Shown here: positions 26,050 to 39,990 of the stretch, one piece after another
Layout of the letters: each line of letters begins with the position of its first letter
Position numbering within the stretch: the first letter of the stretch is position 1
Origin: Haliotis rufescens
Taxonomy: Eukaryota
Assembly: GCF_023055435.1 (NCBI RefSeq)
Contig: NW_025964112.1
Span: forward strand, 11,098,001-11,162,000
Length of the DNA: 64,000 bases
Reading direction: 5' to 3'
The notes under the pieces: model-generated
Databases searched by the model: none
Told to the model about the DNA's origin: nothing
What the model saw: the letters and a program-made list of their open reading frames with translations, nothing else
Program-made: the position numbers and the translations under genes

Positions 26050-29000
26050 CCCAAATACAACCAGAGTGTCTCTAACACCAGGGAGTCCTCATGCAGCCAG
26101 AGTGTCTCTAACACCAGGGAGTCCCCATTCAACCAGAGTGTCTCTATCACCAGGGAGTCCACATTCGACCAGAGAGTATCTAACACCAGGGAGTCCCCAT
26201 GCAACCAGAGCGTCTCCAACGCCAGGGACTCCCCATGCAACCAGAGCGTCTCCAACACCAGGGAGTCCCCATGCAACCAGAGAGACTCTAACACCAGGGA
26301 GTCCCCATGCAACAAGAGTGTCTCTATCACCAGGGAGTCCCCATGCTACCAGAGTGTCTCTAACACCAGGGAGTCCACATTCGACCAGAGAGTATCTTAC
26401 ACCAGGGAGTCCCCATGCAACCGGAGCGTCTTCAACACCAGGAAGTCCCCATGCAACAAGAGTGTCTCTTTCACCAGGGAGTACTCATGCTACCAGAGAG
26501 TCTCTAAAACCAGGGAGTCCCCATGCTACCAGAGCGTCTCCAACACCAGGGACTCCCCATGCAACCAGAGTGTCTCTAACACCAGGGAGTCCCCATTCAA
26601 CCAGAGTGTCTCTATCACCAGGGAGTCCACATTCAACCAGAGAGTATCTTACACCAGGGAGTCCCCATGCAGCCAGAGTGTCTCTATCACCAGGGAGTCC
26701 CCATACAATCAGAGTGTCTCTAACACCAGGGAGTCCCCATGCAATCAGAGTGTCTCTAACACCAGGGAGTCCCCATGCAACAAGAGTTTCTCTAACACCA
26801 GGGACTCCCCATGCAACAAGAGTGTCTCTAACACCAGGGAGTCCCCATACAACCAGAGAGTCTCTATCACCAGGGAGTCCCCATACAACCAGAGCGTCTC
26901 CAACACCAGGGAGTCCCCATTCAACCAGAGTGTCTCTATCACCAGGGAGTCCACATTCGACCAGAGAGTATCTTACACCAGGGAGTCCCCATGCAACCAG
27001 AGCGTCTCCAACACCAGGGAGTCCCCATGCTACCAGATAGACTCTAACATCAGGGAGTCCCCATGCAACCAGAGTGTCTCTATCACCAGGGAGTCCCCAT
27101 TCAACCAGAGTGTCTCTATCACCAGGGAGTCCACATTCGACCAGTGAGTATCTAACACCAGGGAGTCCACATGCAACCAGAGCTTCTCCAACACCAGGGA
27201 GTCCACATGCAACAAGAGTATCTCTATCCCCAGGGAGTCCCCATGCTCCCAGAGAGTCTCTAAAACCAGGGAGTCCCCATGCTACCCGCGAGTCTCCAAC
27301 ACCAGGGACTCCCCATACAACCAGAGTGTCTCCAACACCAGGGAGTCCCCATGCAACAAGAGTGTCTCTGTCACCAGGGAGTCCCCATGCAACCAGAGCG
27401 TCTCTAACACCAGGGAGTCCCCATGCAACAAGAGTGTCTCTAACACCAGGGAGTCCCCATGCAACAAGAGTGTCTCTGTCACCAGGGAGTCCCCATGCAA
27501 CAAGAGAGTCTCTAACACCAGGGAGTCCCCATGCAACAAGAGTGTCTCTAACACCAGGGAGTCCCCATGCAACAAGAGTGTCTCTAACACCAGGGAGTCC
27601 CCATGCAACAAGAGTGTCTCTAACACCAGGGAGTCCCCATACAACAAGAGTGTCTCTAACACCAGGGAGTCCCCATGCAACAAGAGTGTCTCTAACACCA
27701 GGGAGTCCCCATGCAACAAGAGTGTCTCTAACACCAGGGAGTCCCCATGCAACAAGAGTGTCTCTAACACCAGGGAGTCCCCATGCAACAAGAGTGTCTC
27801 TAACACCAGGGAGTCCCCATACAATCAGAGTGTCTCTAACACCAGGGAGTCCCAATACAATCAGAGTGTCTCTAACACCGGGGTGTCCCCATACAACAAG
27901 AGTGTCTCTAACACCAGGGAGTCCCCATACAATCAGAGTGTCTCTAACACCAGGGAGTCCCCATACAATCAGAGTGTCTCTAACACCAGGGAGTCCCCAT
28001 ACAACCAGAGTGTCTCTAACACCAGGGAGTCCCCATACAACCAGAGTGTCTCTATCACCAGGGAGTCCACATGCAACCAGAGAGTATCTAACACCAGGGA
28101 GTCCCCATGCAACCGGAGCGTCTTCAACACCAGGAAGTCCCCATGCAACAAGAGTGTCTCTATCACCAGGGAGTACTCATGCTACCAGAGAGTCTCTAAA
28201 ACCAGGGAGTCCCCATGCTACCAGAGCGTCTCCAACACCAGGGACTCCCCATGCAACCAGAGTGTCTCTAACACCAGGGAGTCCCCATTCAACCAGAGCG
28301 TCTCCAACACCAGGGAGTCCCCATGCAACCAGAGTGTCTCTATCACCAGGGAGTCCACATTCGACCAGAGAGTATCTTACACCAGGGAGTCCCCATGCAA
28401 CCAGAGCGTCTCCAACACCAGGGAGTCCCCATGCTACCAGATAGACTCTAACATCAGGGAGTCCCCATGCAACCAGAGTGTCTCTATCACCAGGGAGTCC
28501 CCATTCAACCAGAGTGTCTCTATCACCAGGGAGTCCACATTCGACCAGTGAGTATCTAACACCAGGGAGTCCACATGCAACCAGAGCTTCTCCAACACCA
28601 GGGAGTCCACATGCAACAAGAGTGTCTCTATCCCCAGGGAGTCCCCATGCTCCCAGAGAGTCTCTAAAACCAGGGAGTCCCCATGCTACCAGAGAGTCTC
28701 CAACACCAGGGACTCCCCATACAACCAGAGTGTCTCCAACACCAGGGAGTCCCCATGCAAACAAGAGTGTCTCTGTCACCAGGGAGTCCCCATGCAACCA
28801 GAGTGTCTCTAACACCAGGGAGTCCTCATGCAACAAGAGTGTCTCTTACACCAGGGAGTCCCTATGCAACAAGAGAGTCTCTAACACCAGGGAGTCCCCA
28901 TGCAACAAGAGTGTCTCTAACACCAGGGAGTCCCCATGCAACAAGAGTCTCTCTAACACCAGGGAGTCCCCATGCAACAAGAGTGTCTCTAACACCAGGG

Positions 29001-30655
29001 AGTCCCCATGCAACAAGAGTGTCTCTATCACCAGGGAGTCCCCATTCAACCAGAGTGTCTCTATCACCAGGGAGTCCACATTCGACCAGTGAGTATCTAA
29101 CACCAGGGAGTCCACATGCAACCAGAGCTTCTCCAACACCAGGGAGTCCACATGCAACAAGAGTGTCTCTATCCCCAGGGAGTCCCCATGCTCCCAGAGA
29201 GTCTCTAAAACCAGGGAGTCCACATGCTACCAGAGAGTCTCCAACACCAGGGACTCCACATACAACCAGAGTGTCTCTGCCACCAGGGAGTCCCCATGCA
29301 ACCAGAGTGTCTCTAACACCAGGGAGTCCCCATGCAACAAGAGTGTCTCTTACACCAGGGAGTCCCCATGCAACAAGAGAGTCTCTAACACCAGGGAGTC
29401 CCCATGCAACAAGAGTGTCTCTAACACCAGGGAGTCCCCATGCAACAAGAGTGTCTCTAACACCAGGGAGTCCCCATGCAACAAGAGTGTCTCTAACACC
29501 AGGGAGTCCCCATGCAACAAGAGTGTCTCTAACACCAGGGAGTCCCCATGCAACAAGAGTGTCTCTAACACCAGGGAGTCCCCATTCAACAAGAGTGTCT
29601 CTAACACCAGGGAGTCCCCATGCAACAAGAGTGTCTCTAACACCAGGGAGTCCCCATACAATCAGAGTGTCTCTAACACCAGGGAGTCCCCATACAATCA
29701 GAGTGTCTCTAACACCGGGGTGTCCCCATACAACCAGAGTGTCTCTAACACCAGGGAGTCCCCATACAATCAGAGTGTCTCTAACACCAGGGAGTCCCCA
29801 TACAATCAGAGCGTCTCTAACACCAGGGAGTCCCCATACAACCAGAGTGTCTCTATCACCAGGGAGTCCCCATACAACCAGAGTGTCTCTATCACCAGGG
29901 AGTCCACATTCGACCAGAGAGTATCTAACACCAGGGAGTCCACATGCAACCAGAGCTTCTCCAACACCAGGGAGTCCACATGCAACAAGAGTGTCTCTAT
30001 CCCCAGGGAGTCCCCATGCAACAAGAGTGTCTCTAACACCAGGGAGTCCCCATGCAACAAGAGTGTCTCTAACACCAGGGAGTCCCCATACAACAAGAGT
30101 GTCTCTAACACCAGGGAGTCCCAATGTAACAAGAGTGTCTCTAACACCAGGGAGTCCCTATGCAACAAGAGTGTCTCTAACACCAGGGAGTCCCCATGCA
30201 ACAAGAGTGTCTCTAACACCAGGGAGTCCCCATGCAACAAGAGTGTCTCTAACACCAGGGAGTCCCCATTCAACAAGAGTGTCTCTATCACCAGGGAGTC
30301 CCTATGCGACCAGAGTATCTCTAACACCAGGGAGTCCCCATACAATCAGAGTGTCTCTAACACCAGGGAGTCCTCATGCAGTCAGAGTGTCTCTATCACC
30401 AGGGAGTCCCCATACAATCAGAGTGTCTCTAACACCAGGGAGTCCTCATGCAGCCAGAGTGTCTCTAACACCAGGGAGTCCCCATACAACCAGAGTGTCT
30501 CTATCACCAGGGAGTCCCCATACAACCAGAGTGTCTCTATCACCAGGGAGTCCTCATGCAACCAGAGAGTCTCAAACACCAGGGAGTCCCCATACAATCA
30601 GAGTGTCTCTAACACCGGGGTGTCCCCATGCAACCAGAGTGTCTCTAACACCAAG
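26050..30655. repeat. 36-bp satellite array (accagagtgtctctaacaccagggagtccccatgca), ~4.6 kb
   Basis: 36-bp spacing (27541, 27577); ~128 units; internal higher-order duplications. Confidence 0.96.
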
Positions 30656-31329
30656 AAGTCTATAAACACCTTTAGAGATCAGTAATTGACTTACTTGACA
30701 CGGGCACTCCACTAGGCAAGTTCGTCAACAAGTACAGTGAATTCTAAGGTCATACTGCACGTGTCCTTGGGACCGGAGAATGCTATTCTTGTCCTAACGT
30801 AATGCTATTAACAACTAACCTATGGGTCTAGTCGTATTTGATTATTGCACAGTTATAAGGATTGCTTCAATTTGACCACAAAAAACACACAAAAAATACT
30901 GCAGAGGAAATGGACTCCAAAGAGCATAGTAAATAAATCAACAACAAAAACTTCCTTGTCTCGAAAGAGTCAACAAGCGAACGGAATTCATAGATTGCAA
31001 TCTCAGCTAGCATGTCACAAGGTGCAGGGCTCCCATTATCTGGTGACGTATTCACCTCCATGTGCAAAAAAGTACTGATACAGGCTACAAGGTATGGGCG
31101 TATTTATTGTAATCCTTTTGTTAATCATAATTATAATGTAATATTATCTGTGATCCCCGACAGTTGACATTTATACTTTCAAATACATGATCTCATTAAC
31201 TGACCTTCACTTTAAAAGGTCGTTTTATTATGTTTGTGATTCAAGGTATTTGCAACTTGGTGTCATATTTCCCGTTCAGGCTAACACTTGCCTCTGCCTT
31301 GTGTTTGTGCTGGGTGCCATCGCAGGACA

Positions 31330-31460
31330 GGATACGCTCACCTTTTCGCGAATAGCTGGTGTCATCACTATTTGATAGTGACTCAAATACACATGATTGT
31401 GATATAGTTGGAATGGTACAACGGACGCTTTTGGCTAAGATTTCTTATGATTATGGTTAT
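31330..31460. repeat. Dispersed repeat family E (also ~33900-34016, 34720-34780, 39720-39790, 47950-48068, 52780-53180)
   Basis: Shared motif ttttcgcgaacacc..gtcatca..ggaatcgtacaatcga..gatttcttatgattatgg in both orientations. Confidence 0.6.
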
Positions 31461-34051
31461 GATTATGATTATTTGATTGGACATAGAGACATGACATTTT
31501 AACGTAAGACATCCTCTTACTTGTTATTTTCATGACGTTTTCAGGCTACGTCCTGTCCTTCATCAATTCATTTCTTGATATATCATGAAATTATGATGTT
31601 CGTTATAATTTGTCAAGACTATCACATGTATTGTATGGTCGTCGTAATTGTTACATTGTTTTAGTTCTCGTGCAAGTTACATATTTGATTGTGTGTCGAC
31701 ATATGACTAATGTGACAAAAATTAAATAATATTTATTAAATATAATTAATACATAATTGGGACATTTTGTCGGTAACGGATTCAAGACGAACCATCTGTT
31801 TTGACCAACAACGCATAGATCCCTTACAGTACATAGTATACGACGATAGTACGTTTTCAAACATTACTACGCAGTTCATGTACCGTGAGAGTAATAACAT
31901 TTGTCTTGAATCATTAAAGATGTTTAACAATAAAACATGCTTTCTATATTTCCCATAAGCAGGGGTGGTCTTCTCGGTCTTTTTCAAATATAGAGAGTAC
32001 TTAATGTATGTGGGAAGGTACGTAAGTCCGGTATCCTTCAACGTATCATTTCATTTCTCTGTGATTTTAATCGTAGTATTTTTGTTGATTTTAACTCTTT
32101 GGCTAATCTTTCTGATCATCGCCAGTGGCTGGTGGATGGTGTACATCCTGCTGGGGTACCATGTAGGTAGCAGAAGTACCGTAAGTCCCCATGGTCCCTA
32201 GTATGGTGGCCTAATTTTGGTTGCTGGCGATCTACAGCCCCTTTTGTATATTGTGTCGTCTGTTATAATCTGATTATTTTATTATTCTATGACTAGTTTT
32301 ACAATTATAATCTGTAATATTTTGCTAGTTGTTGTACTGTCCTTCGACGACAGGTCCTAATATATTATATAAATACATAACTTGCTCAAGTCACGATATG
32401 ACTGAAATAATGCCGCTGTGACTTTAAATTTTAACTCACTCACTCACTCACTTAATGTATGTTTATTATTATATGATACTGCCATGTACGTCCATATTGT
32501 TTAGATTTTTATTGATGAAGTATCTCTCTTGTGTAATGTTTCACTGTCGGAGATGAAGGTAAATATATTTGCAAAAGTTTAGTTGTCATATAATGTTTGT
32601 TATGTCACATAATTATAAGATAATGACAAAAGTATTCGATATGTGTTGTTCACAATCCTTTGGGATAAGCACCAAGGAAATGTGGGTTCTCGAACATATA
32701 ACCAGATTTCTAAAATGGTACTTGTATCAATGCAAGTGTGGCGTCTGAACCTGACATGCTGCAATTGTTGTTCCGAAACATCAAACTGCGTTAATGTGGG
32801 GACTGTAAATAAAAACGCCAACAACTTTTCCATAAGTTATTTAGGGAGAAATGGGGACAGAAAACTATTTAATGAGAAAACAATCTAAACATCGTGCTTA
32901 ATATAATATTTACATTTTGAAACCTCGTTATGTTAGAGTCCAAGACATTGAATTTATATCGAAATATCAAATTTTAACGATGACAATAATGTGTATACAC
33001 GGGTTTAAAGTAAATGTATTTAGCAGTATGTAAGATTACATTTTTAATGGGTCAGAAACAAATTTTGATTTTAAGGTCTTGATTTTTACGCTGTGAGTTT
33101 GCGATAATACATGAAGAGTCATAACTATGCAAACTATAGAAAAGAATCTATAGCTGTAGAAACTCTCAGTTGATCTTATGATATGTTTGATTTCCAATTG
33201 AAAATATCATAAGTTAGCGATATTATATCCAAAAAATGAACCTACTGGCGCTTAGCCAGCACTCAAAGAATACTTCTACGTGTTTTTATTTTTTTTAATA
33301 TAATTTAATTTAAAACGTTTTCAAAATTAGAAAATATTATTATACCCAACTGCTGATGAGTTTCTTAGACATCTTATCTTTGAAAATCAATACATTTGCA
33401 CTTTGGGGTGAACATGTAAAAACACTCGTGAAACAAGTAGAATCATAAATCATCAACAATATCCCTAGATCAGACAGTTATGAATGTCTAGATCTGGGTC
33501 GCTCCTGTCCGTGTTGAAACTTGTTTAAAGGACATGTCTTCATTATCAAACCATTCCTAAAGATTTGGTATATGTTTTAGAAAAGTGCCCCTTGTATACA
33601 TATTTTAGGGAATATCTTTTCGAGAAGGATGTTACATCTTGGAGTACTTTTATTCATGTTACGGTTGTAGAGAAAGTGTTCCATATTTCATCATGCATGG
33701 TCTTGGATAAAATTTCAGCGAAAACCCCCACTCATATCTTGGACAGACGGATCAATATCATGGATAATGTCACTTAAATTTTTTTATTTATCTTTACACT
33801 TTTTATTTAAATTTAATTTTCTATTTACATGTTGTAATATGTTTCTTTGTAAATGATTTTTTTATGTGTTTATTGCAGTTGCCACCGGTGGGGCAGAATA
33901 ACTCACACTTTTTCGCGAACACCCGGTATCATCACCATTTGAAACGCATGTCCATTATGGAGTCGGAATCGTACAATCGACTCTGCTTTCAACAAGGATT
34001 TCTTATGATTATGGAACGAATTGTGTAGCTTGTATCTGTCTTATCGTAACA

Positions 34052-34194
34052 GGGGCGATCGGGTAGCCTAGTGGTTTAAGCGTTCGGTCGTCACGCCGAC
34101 GACCCGGGTTCGATTCCGACATGGGTACAATGTGTCCGTGATATTGCTGGAATATTGCTAAAAGCGGCGTAAAAACCATACTCACTCACTCACT
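34052..34194 (+). mobile_element. SINE family A (internal deletion)
   Basis: Head and tail match family A; imperfect TSD tctt(a/t)tcgtaac. Confidence 0.88.
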
Positions 34195-34982
34195 CTTTTC
34201 GTAACTCCGTATGAAATGGCTCAGGTTTTGTTAAACGCGTGTAACCGTGTATTAGACGAGTGTTAATGAATATGTTTAGAGATTACAGATTGGTTCAGAA
34301 AAACGCAAAAATATACCGGTCACTTTCATACAAATATTTCAAATTCATATTTCCAGTGTGTTCAAAAGAACTCTCATCCTACGTCTTCTTTCTTCAGTTC
34401 TGTCAACACATCTTTGGCGCATTGAGAGGAGGGGTTATAAATATGATACCTGGCCAAATGTTGATACACCAGAAAGAAGGAGATTGAGGAAAATATTTGA
34501 CTGCTTCTGTTCAATAACTATTCTGTAACCAGCGGGTTATAGAACAATTAGACTTAATGTGTTTAAATTTTTCACGATTAAAAACATCAGACATGCTACT
34601 CAAAAATATTTTAAGAACATCCGAATTTTTCACATGACTCGCGAAAGCGATGTTTCAGAAATCCATTGGTGTCTGACAAATTCGTTGAGAGAAAGAAATA
34701 TAGAATCAGGGGGTATATGAATTAAAGCGACAAAGCCATTTCCATAATCATAAGAAATCTCTTCTAAAAGCAGAGCCCATGTTCAGGAATAATACAAATT
34801 GATATTCCCTGATAATACATATTCCCTTTTACATGTACACGTTTAAGTAGGTACAATGTATCTGATAACAATTGTCGCTACATCCCACTGTTGATACCAT
34901 ACGCGATTGGACAAAGTGTCGTAGTATGGAAACTTGGATCTCGAAGTGTAGTATTAATCGTCACCGTATTCAACGTTGCAGA

Positions 34983-35147
34983 ATGTACAAGAAGGCTGTG
35001 GAGAAGTTTGTGGCGTTGAAAATCTTCAGTCTCATCCGTGATGACGATGTCGTGGATCAGCTGCATCACCGGATGCTGGTGATAGTGATGGTCATCATGG
35101 CCGGCTTCTTCAGCGCTAAAACAAAATGGGGCTCCATCGACTGTTGG
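34983..35147 (+). CDS. inx: Innexin B, N-terminal/TM1 exon
   Basis: ttgcag|A ATG...TGT TGG|gtaagt: MYKKAVEKFVALKIFSLIRDDDVVDQLHHRMLVIVMVIMAGFFSAKTKWGSIDCW. Confidence 0.9.
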
Positions 35148-36148
35148 GTAAGTTTGGGTCACATCATACGAGATATTCAAGATATATGTGTCGATACCGC
35201 GAAACCCAGATGAGGCTTTTAGGGACTCATCATTTATTATAGGGGAGGTGAAAAAAGATGACACAGCGAAAGATGGAGGGATCGGCAACATTTATTATAT
35301 ATTTAGGGAGTTGTCAGCGAAATATGATACCGTCCTAAGACCGATCTCAATGGTCCTAAGACCAATACAATCCGATCTCGGCAATGTCGGACAAGGTCAT
35401 TTTATGAACAGGGGGGTTCAGTTTGGTATATCGAATACTCACAACAACATCATGACAGTGAAAATTATTTTATAATTACATGAATGTATAATCTCAAACG
35501 TAATTCATTAAGCATTGACATGTCTCGCCCAATTTTGGATGCTTCCGTTCGGCCCAACTACATCGAAAGGGAACAACTCACTACCATTTCAAAAATAGCA
35601 TCGTCCAATTAACGACGTCATTAAGTTGCGAGCGTAATACAATGTTTGAATCTCCAGAATTGACGTCGAATTAGAAAAAAGTTTATCATGAAATAATATT
35701 ACGCCCCATTCTTCATTGTTCTTTGCGATTTATCACGTAGCTATCTTATATTTATAGATCAAGTCTTTGATCCGTACCCTTGATCTGTTAATTCGGTATT
35801 GTCATAATCGGAACGAATTGACTGGGGGTGGCACAGAATAGCTATGTTTCCAGAACCTTAACAGCTGCATTACTGTACAGGGGAGAGTTACGACGTCACT
35901 GGAAATGACACAGTCCGGAATAACGGGGTTGACAGTGTATCAAAATCTAATCATAAGTCAAGTTCTTCCATAAGAGCATGAAAATATGTTTATCTTTTAA
36001 TTTCGCAATATAATATCTTTATTTTGTGTAATATAATTGTACATTATATATACTCTTTAAAAAGGTAAAGGATTTGCAACAGTTTAGTTTCTAGTAATAG
36101 TTGTATCATAATAATAAACGAAATAGGAACACATTACGACCGGAAGTG

Positions 36149-36414
36149 TTTGTTTGTTTGTTGTTTAACGCCGCACTCAGCAATATTCCAGCTATATGAC
36201 GGCGGTCTGTAAAATAATCGAGTCTGGACCAGACAATCCAGTGATTGACATCATGAACATCGATCCACGCACTTGGAATCGACGACGTGCATCAACCAAG
36301 TCAGCGAGTCTGACCACCCGATCCCGTAAGTCGCCTTTTACGACAAGCATAGTCACCTTTTACGGCAAGTATGGGTTGCTGAAGAGCTATTCTACCCCGG
36401 AATCTTCACGGGTC
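36149..36414 (-). mobile_element. Family C element with 13-bp TSD
   Basis: TSD acgaccggaagtg at 36136 and 36415. Confidence 0.92.
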
Positions 36415-36513
36415 ACGACCGGAAGTGAAGTAGGACAGTAGATGTTATGATCGCCAAGTTTCTTGAAGGACCATAGGGGTAAGATGAGATATTTCAAAGA
36501 TGACGTTCATTGA

Positions 36514-36900
36514 TCAGTAGTGTGTTATACCGCGAACCGCCACGATTTTGTTTAACATAAATTCTCTCGCCGAGGCATTCTGCGTATGAGTCTCGCAATG
36601 GCGATTTGAGGGAGTCTGTCTGTCCCAATCCTCCTGCAGCGCCAGTCCAAGTTCAGCCAACGTGGTCGGCGGCCTATGACGTTGACGCACGCGTCTCCCT
36701 ATCATGTCCCAGACGTGTTCAATGGGGGAAGGGTCAGGATGATTACTCTGTGTATGTTGTGCTACTGGAAGTGAGCATTGACGATTCGTGCACGGTGAGC
36801 ACGGGCGTTGTCGTCCTGAAAGACAAAACGTCGCCCCACACGCAAACGGTGGCCCTTCCTTGCACACTGTGGAGTGGGTATACCTCAGTCAAAGTAATGT
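36514..36900 (-). mobile_element. Tc1-like transposase C-terminal remnant
   Basis: FVFQDDNARAHRAR (one frame) and PSPIEHVWDMIGRRVRQRHRPPTTLAELGLALQEDW (another frame); frameshifted. Confidence 0.85.
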
Positions 36901-36943
36901 TGTGCCACCCATCACCATTTCATTTCGACGTCAACCAGGGACC

Positions 36944-37053
36944 AGAGGCGACTAACGGGAGGCTGACTTGGTTGATGCGTGTCATCGTATACCAATTGCG
37001 TAGATCGATATCAACTACTGGATTGTCTGGTCCAGACTCGATTATTTACAGAC
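36944..37053 (+). mobile_element. Family C fragment
   Basis: agaggcgactaacggg..gctgacttggttgatgc..ggattgtctggtccagactcgattatttacagac. Confidence 0.75.
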
Positions 37054-37056
37054 TGC

Positions 37057-37867
37057 TGGATTAAACAGGGAGAAGGGTATGATAGTACAGGCTCCTCATC
37101 GACACACTGGTTTGTAGTGGATTTAACAGGGAGACGGGTATGATAGTACAGGCTCCTCATCGACACATTGGCTTGTAGTGGATTAAACAGGGAGACGGGT
37201 ATGATAGAACAGGCTCCCCATCGACACACTGGCTTGTAGTGGATTAAACAGGGAGACGGGTATGATAGTACAGGCTCCCCATCGACACATTGGCTTGTAG
37301 TGGATTAAACATGGAGAGGGGTATGATAGTACAGGCTCCTCATCGACACATTGGCTTGTAGTGGATTAAACAGGGAGAGGGGTATGATAGTACAGGCTCT
37401 CCATCGACACATTGGCTTGTAGTGGATTAAACAGGGAGACGGGTATGATAGTACAGGCTCCCCATCGACACATTGGCTTGTAGTGGATTAAACAGGGAGA
37501 GGGGTATGATAGTACAGGCTCCCCATCGACACATTGGCTTGTAGTGGATTAAACAGGGAGAGGGGTATGATAGGACATGCTCCCCATCGACACATTGGCT
37601 TGTAGTGGATTAAACAGGGAGAGGGGTATGATAGTACAGGCTCTCCATCGACACATTGGCTTGTAGTGGATTAAACAGGGAGACGGGTATGATAGTACAG
37701 GCTCCCCATCGACACATTGCTTTGTAGTTTATTAAACAGGGAGACGGGTATGATAGTACAGGCTCCCCATCGACACACTGGCTTGTAGTGGATTAAACAG
37801 GGAGACGGGTATGATAGTACAGGCTCCTCATCGACACACTGGCTTGTAGTGGATTAAACAGGGAGAC
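37057..37867. repeat. 61-bp minisatellite in innexin B intron
   Basis: ggattaaacagggagacgggtatgatagtacaggctccccatcgacacattggcttgtagt, ~13 units. Confidence 0.95.
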
Positions 37868-37916
37868 AGATATATATGTACAGGCGTTGTAGAATATGTT
37901 CCCCTTTGTTTTGCAG

Positions 37917-38975
37917 GTTCCTAAAGAGTATAACGACGATAATTTCAAACCCTACATCCACCAGTACTGTTGGATCAGCAACATGCACAACGTGCCGTTC
38001 AGTGAATACCTCCCCGAAGACGTTGACGAGAGAATGTCCGCAGACAGAAGTATCCGATTTTACCGCTGGGTGTTTCTGATGTTCATTGTGCAGGGGATAA
38101 TGTTCAAATTTCCCAATTTCATTTGGACGTCCTTCAACACCTTTTCCGGCATCAACATAAAAAAAGTTGTTCAACTGGCGCTTCAGACTCAATTGGACGG
38201 AGAAGAGGACAGGGAGAAGAACATGAGGTACACAGCCGAATACGTCCACAGATGGTTGAAGTCATACAGACATTTTGATTCCAGTCCTCTAGCGAACTTT
38301 CAGTCCAAGCTCTTCAGCATCGTCTTCTGTTTTGGAAAGCGCTCGGGACGGTTCCTGACAAGGCTCTACCTATTTGTCAAGCTCCTCTACCTCATCAACG
38401 TCTTGGTCCAGTTCCAGATCCTGTCGGCCTTCCTCGGTTTCAACTTCTGGGGTTACGGAGCCGACGTTGTGAGGATGTTACAGGATGATGCGCCAATGAA
38501 GGACTCGGACAACTTCCCACGGGTTGGCATGTGTGACTTTCAGATACGTCAGCTCCAAAATATCTAAAGCCACACGGTACAATGCGCCCTCCCCATCAAC
38601 ATGTACCTGGAGAAAGCTTACGCTTCGCTGTGGTTCGTCATGATCATCCTTGCACTGGTGACCGCCCTCAGCCTCATCAAGTGGACAGTGGAGGAAGTCT
38701 TTACCACAAGGAGGGAGAGATTCCTGAGGAAGTATCTCGAGATGCTGCGGGAGAAGGAAGATGAAGTGGAAGTGAGGTTGTTCCAGCACTTTGTGAGGCG
38801 GTACCTGAGAGATGATGGTGTCTTCCTGATGAGGATACTGACGAAAAACGCTGGGGAGATTGCTGCCTTTGATATCCTGAAGCTTCTCTGGGCAAAGTTT
38901 GAGAAACAGCAGCACAAGACGGATGATGAAGAATATACTCCAGATACCAAACCTCTTACCAACGGACAAGAGTAG
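37917..38975 (+). pseudogene. inx: Innexin B last exon with in-frame premature stop (TAA 38565-38567); possible null allele or recent pseudogene
   Basis: ttttgcag|GTT CCT AAA; ORFs 37896-38567 and 38601-38975 are the same frame; QNI*SHTVQCALPINMYLEK aligns to paralog QNVQTFTVQCVLSINLFLEK. Confidence 0.85.
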
Positions 38976-39913
38976 ATCCTTGTTTAACTGGGGGCCTGGA
39001 TTCGGATCAATTGGCAATGCCAGCAAATCTGTTTGAAGTCCCCCAAACAGAGATGTTTGTCTGTTTCCTACTTCCTTTTGATGAACTGGATGGAATTGAA
39101 CTCTTAAATTGTCTGATCATTAAAGAATCCATTTTAAGCAGAACAGTGTCTTGATAAATGGGGCTTCAGTGTACAAATATTTACTGCCTTCGGTTAAATT
39201 TTATTTGATTTAACTTTCCATGTTGCACAGAAATGTATCCTCCCACAGAATGAATAATATAGATTTGAAGAAATGAATCCCTGGTAGAGTGAAAGGTCTT
39301 ACCCCCAGAATAAATCGAAAATACACAACAATGAACGAATTCGGGGATTACATGCAATTGTATAAAATATCAACACCTTCGTTGAGACAATGACATTCGG
39401 CGACACATCTATTTCGTTGAAGGGAACATGGACACAACCTTGATACCAACAATTCCAACTTAGCACGCTGCTGTGATATAAGACCATAGTGTTGTTATTG
39501 GAACAGTTTATATTATCATACAATCTTTACATTATTGTGTAGGGCGAGAAGATGTAGCATATGTACATGTTTCAGTATCAAAATCTACTTTTGAAAGTTT
39601 GATATGACTGTCTGTAAATCAATTGATTGGAGACAGTTCAACCGAACGCCAGTTAATAATAATCCCCTATACAACTGATCATGAAGATGATAAAACAACA
39701 CGTATGAAATTACTTGAGATGCTCATGATATAGCTGGAATCGTACAATCGAGACCAGTGCTTTTAGCAGAGGTTTCTTATGAATATGGAAACCTAAGTGT
39801 TTTGCCGCTTATATATAATCATGTGTGCTTAATATTTCCAGGTATGAATAAAACAGTATTGTGAGCTTTGACCATAGAGTGTGTGTCCTAATTTCATTCG
39901 AGTTTATTTTTCT

Positions 39914-39990
39914 CAGTATCTTGGTATAATCATTGATCACAAACTAACATGCAGTGCTCATACAGACTGCATTAAGGAACGAATGTAATG
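39914..39990 (+). mobile_element. LINE reverse-transcriptase fragment
   Basis: QYLGIIIDHKLTCSAHTDCIKER resembles the YLGxxxDxKLxWxxHI motif. Confidence 0.55.

Noticed and set aside
25828-30685. Long repetitive ORFs (up to 660 aa) resembling mucin or adhesive proteins
   Set aside because: They arise from a 36-bp unit that is open in several frames on both strands; each frame is interrupted, and there is no signal peptide or unique domain
31510-31570. Penelope-type minimal hammerhead on minus (ttgatgaagg..gaaaacgtc); similar ccgaaacgtcg near 888
   Set aside because: Core nucleotides and stems are degenerate; at most a dead Penelope-like remnant
37057-37867. CRISPR-like arrays (this and the other tandem repeats)
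   Set aside because: No unique spacers, no cas genes, eukaryotic intronic context
37854-39026. Antisense and alternative-frame ORFs overlapping innexin exons
   Set aside because: Shadow ORFs of GC-richer coding sequence with no recognisable motifs
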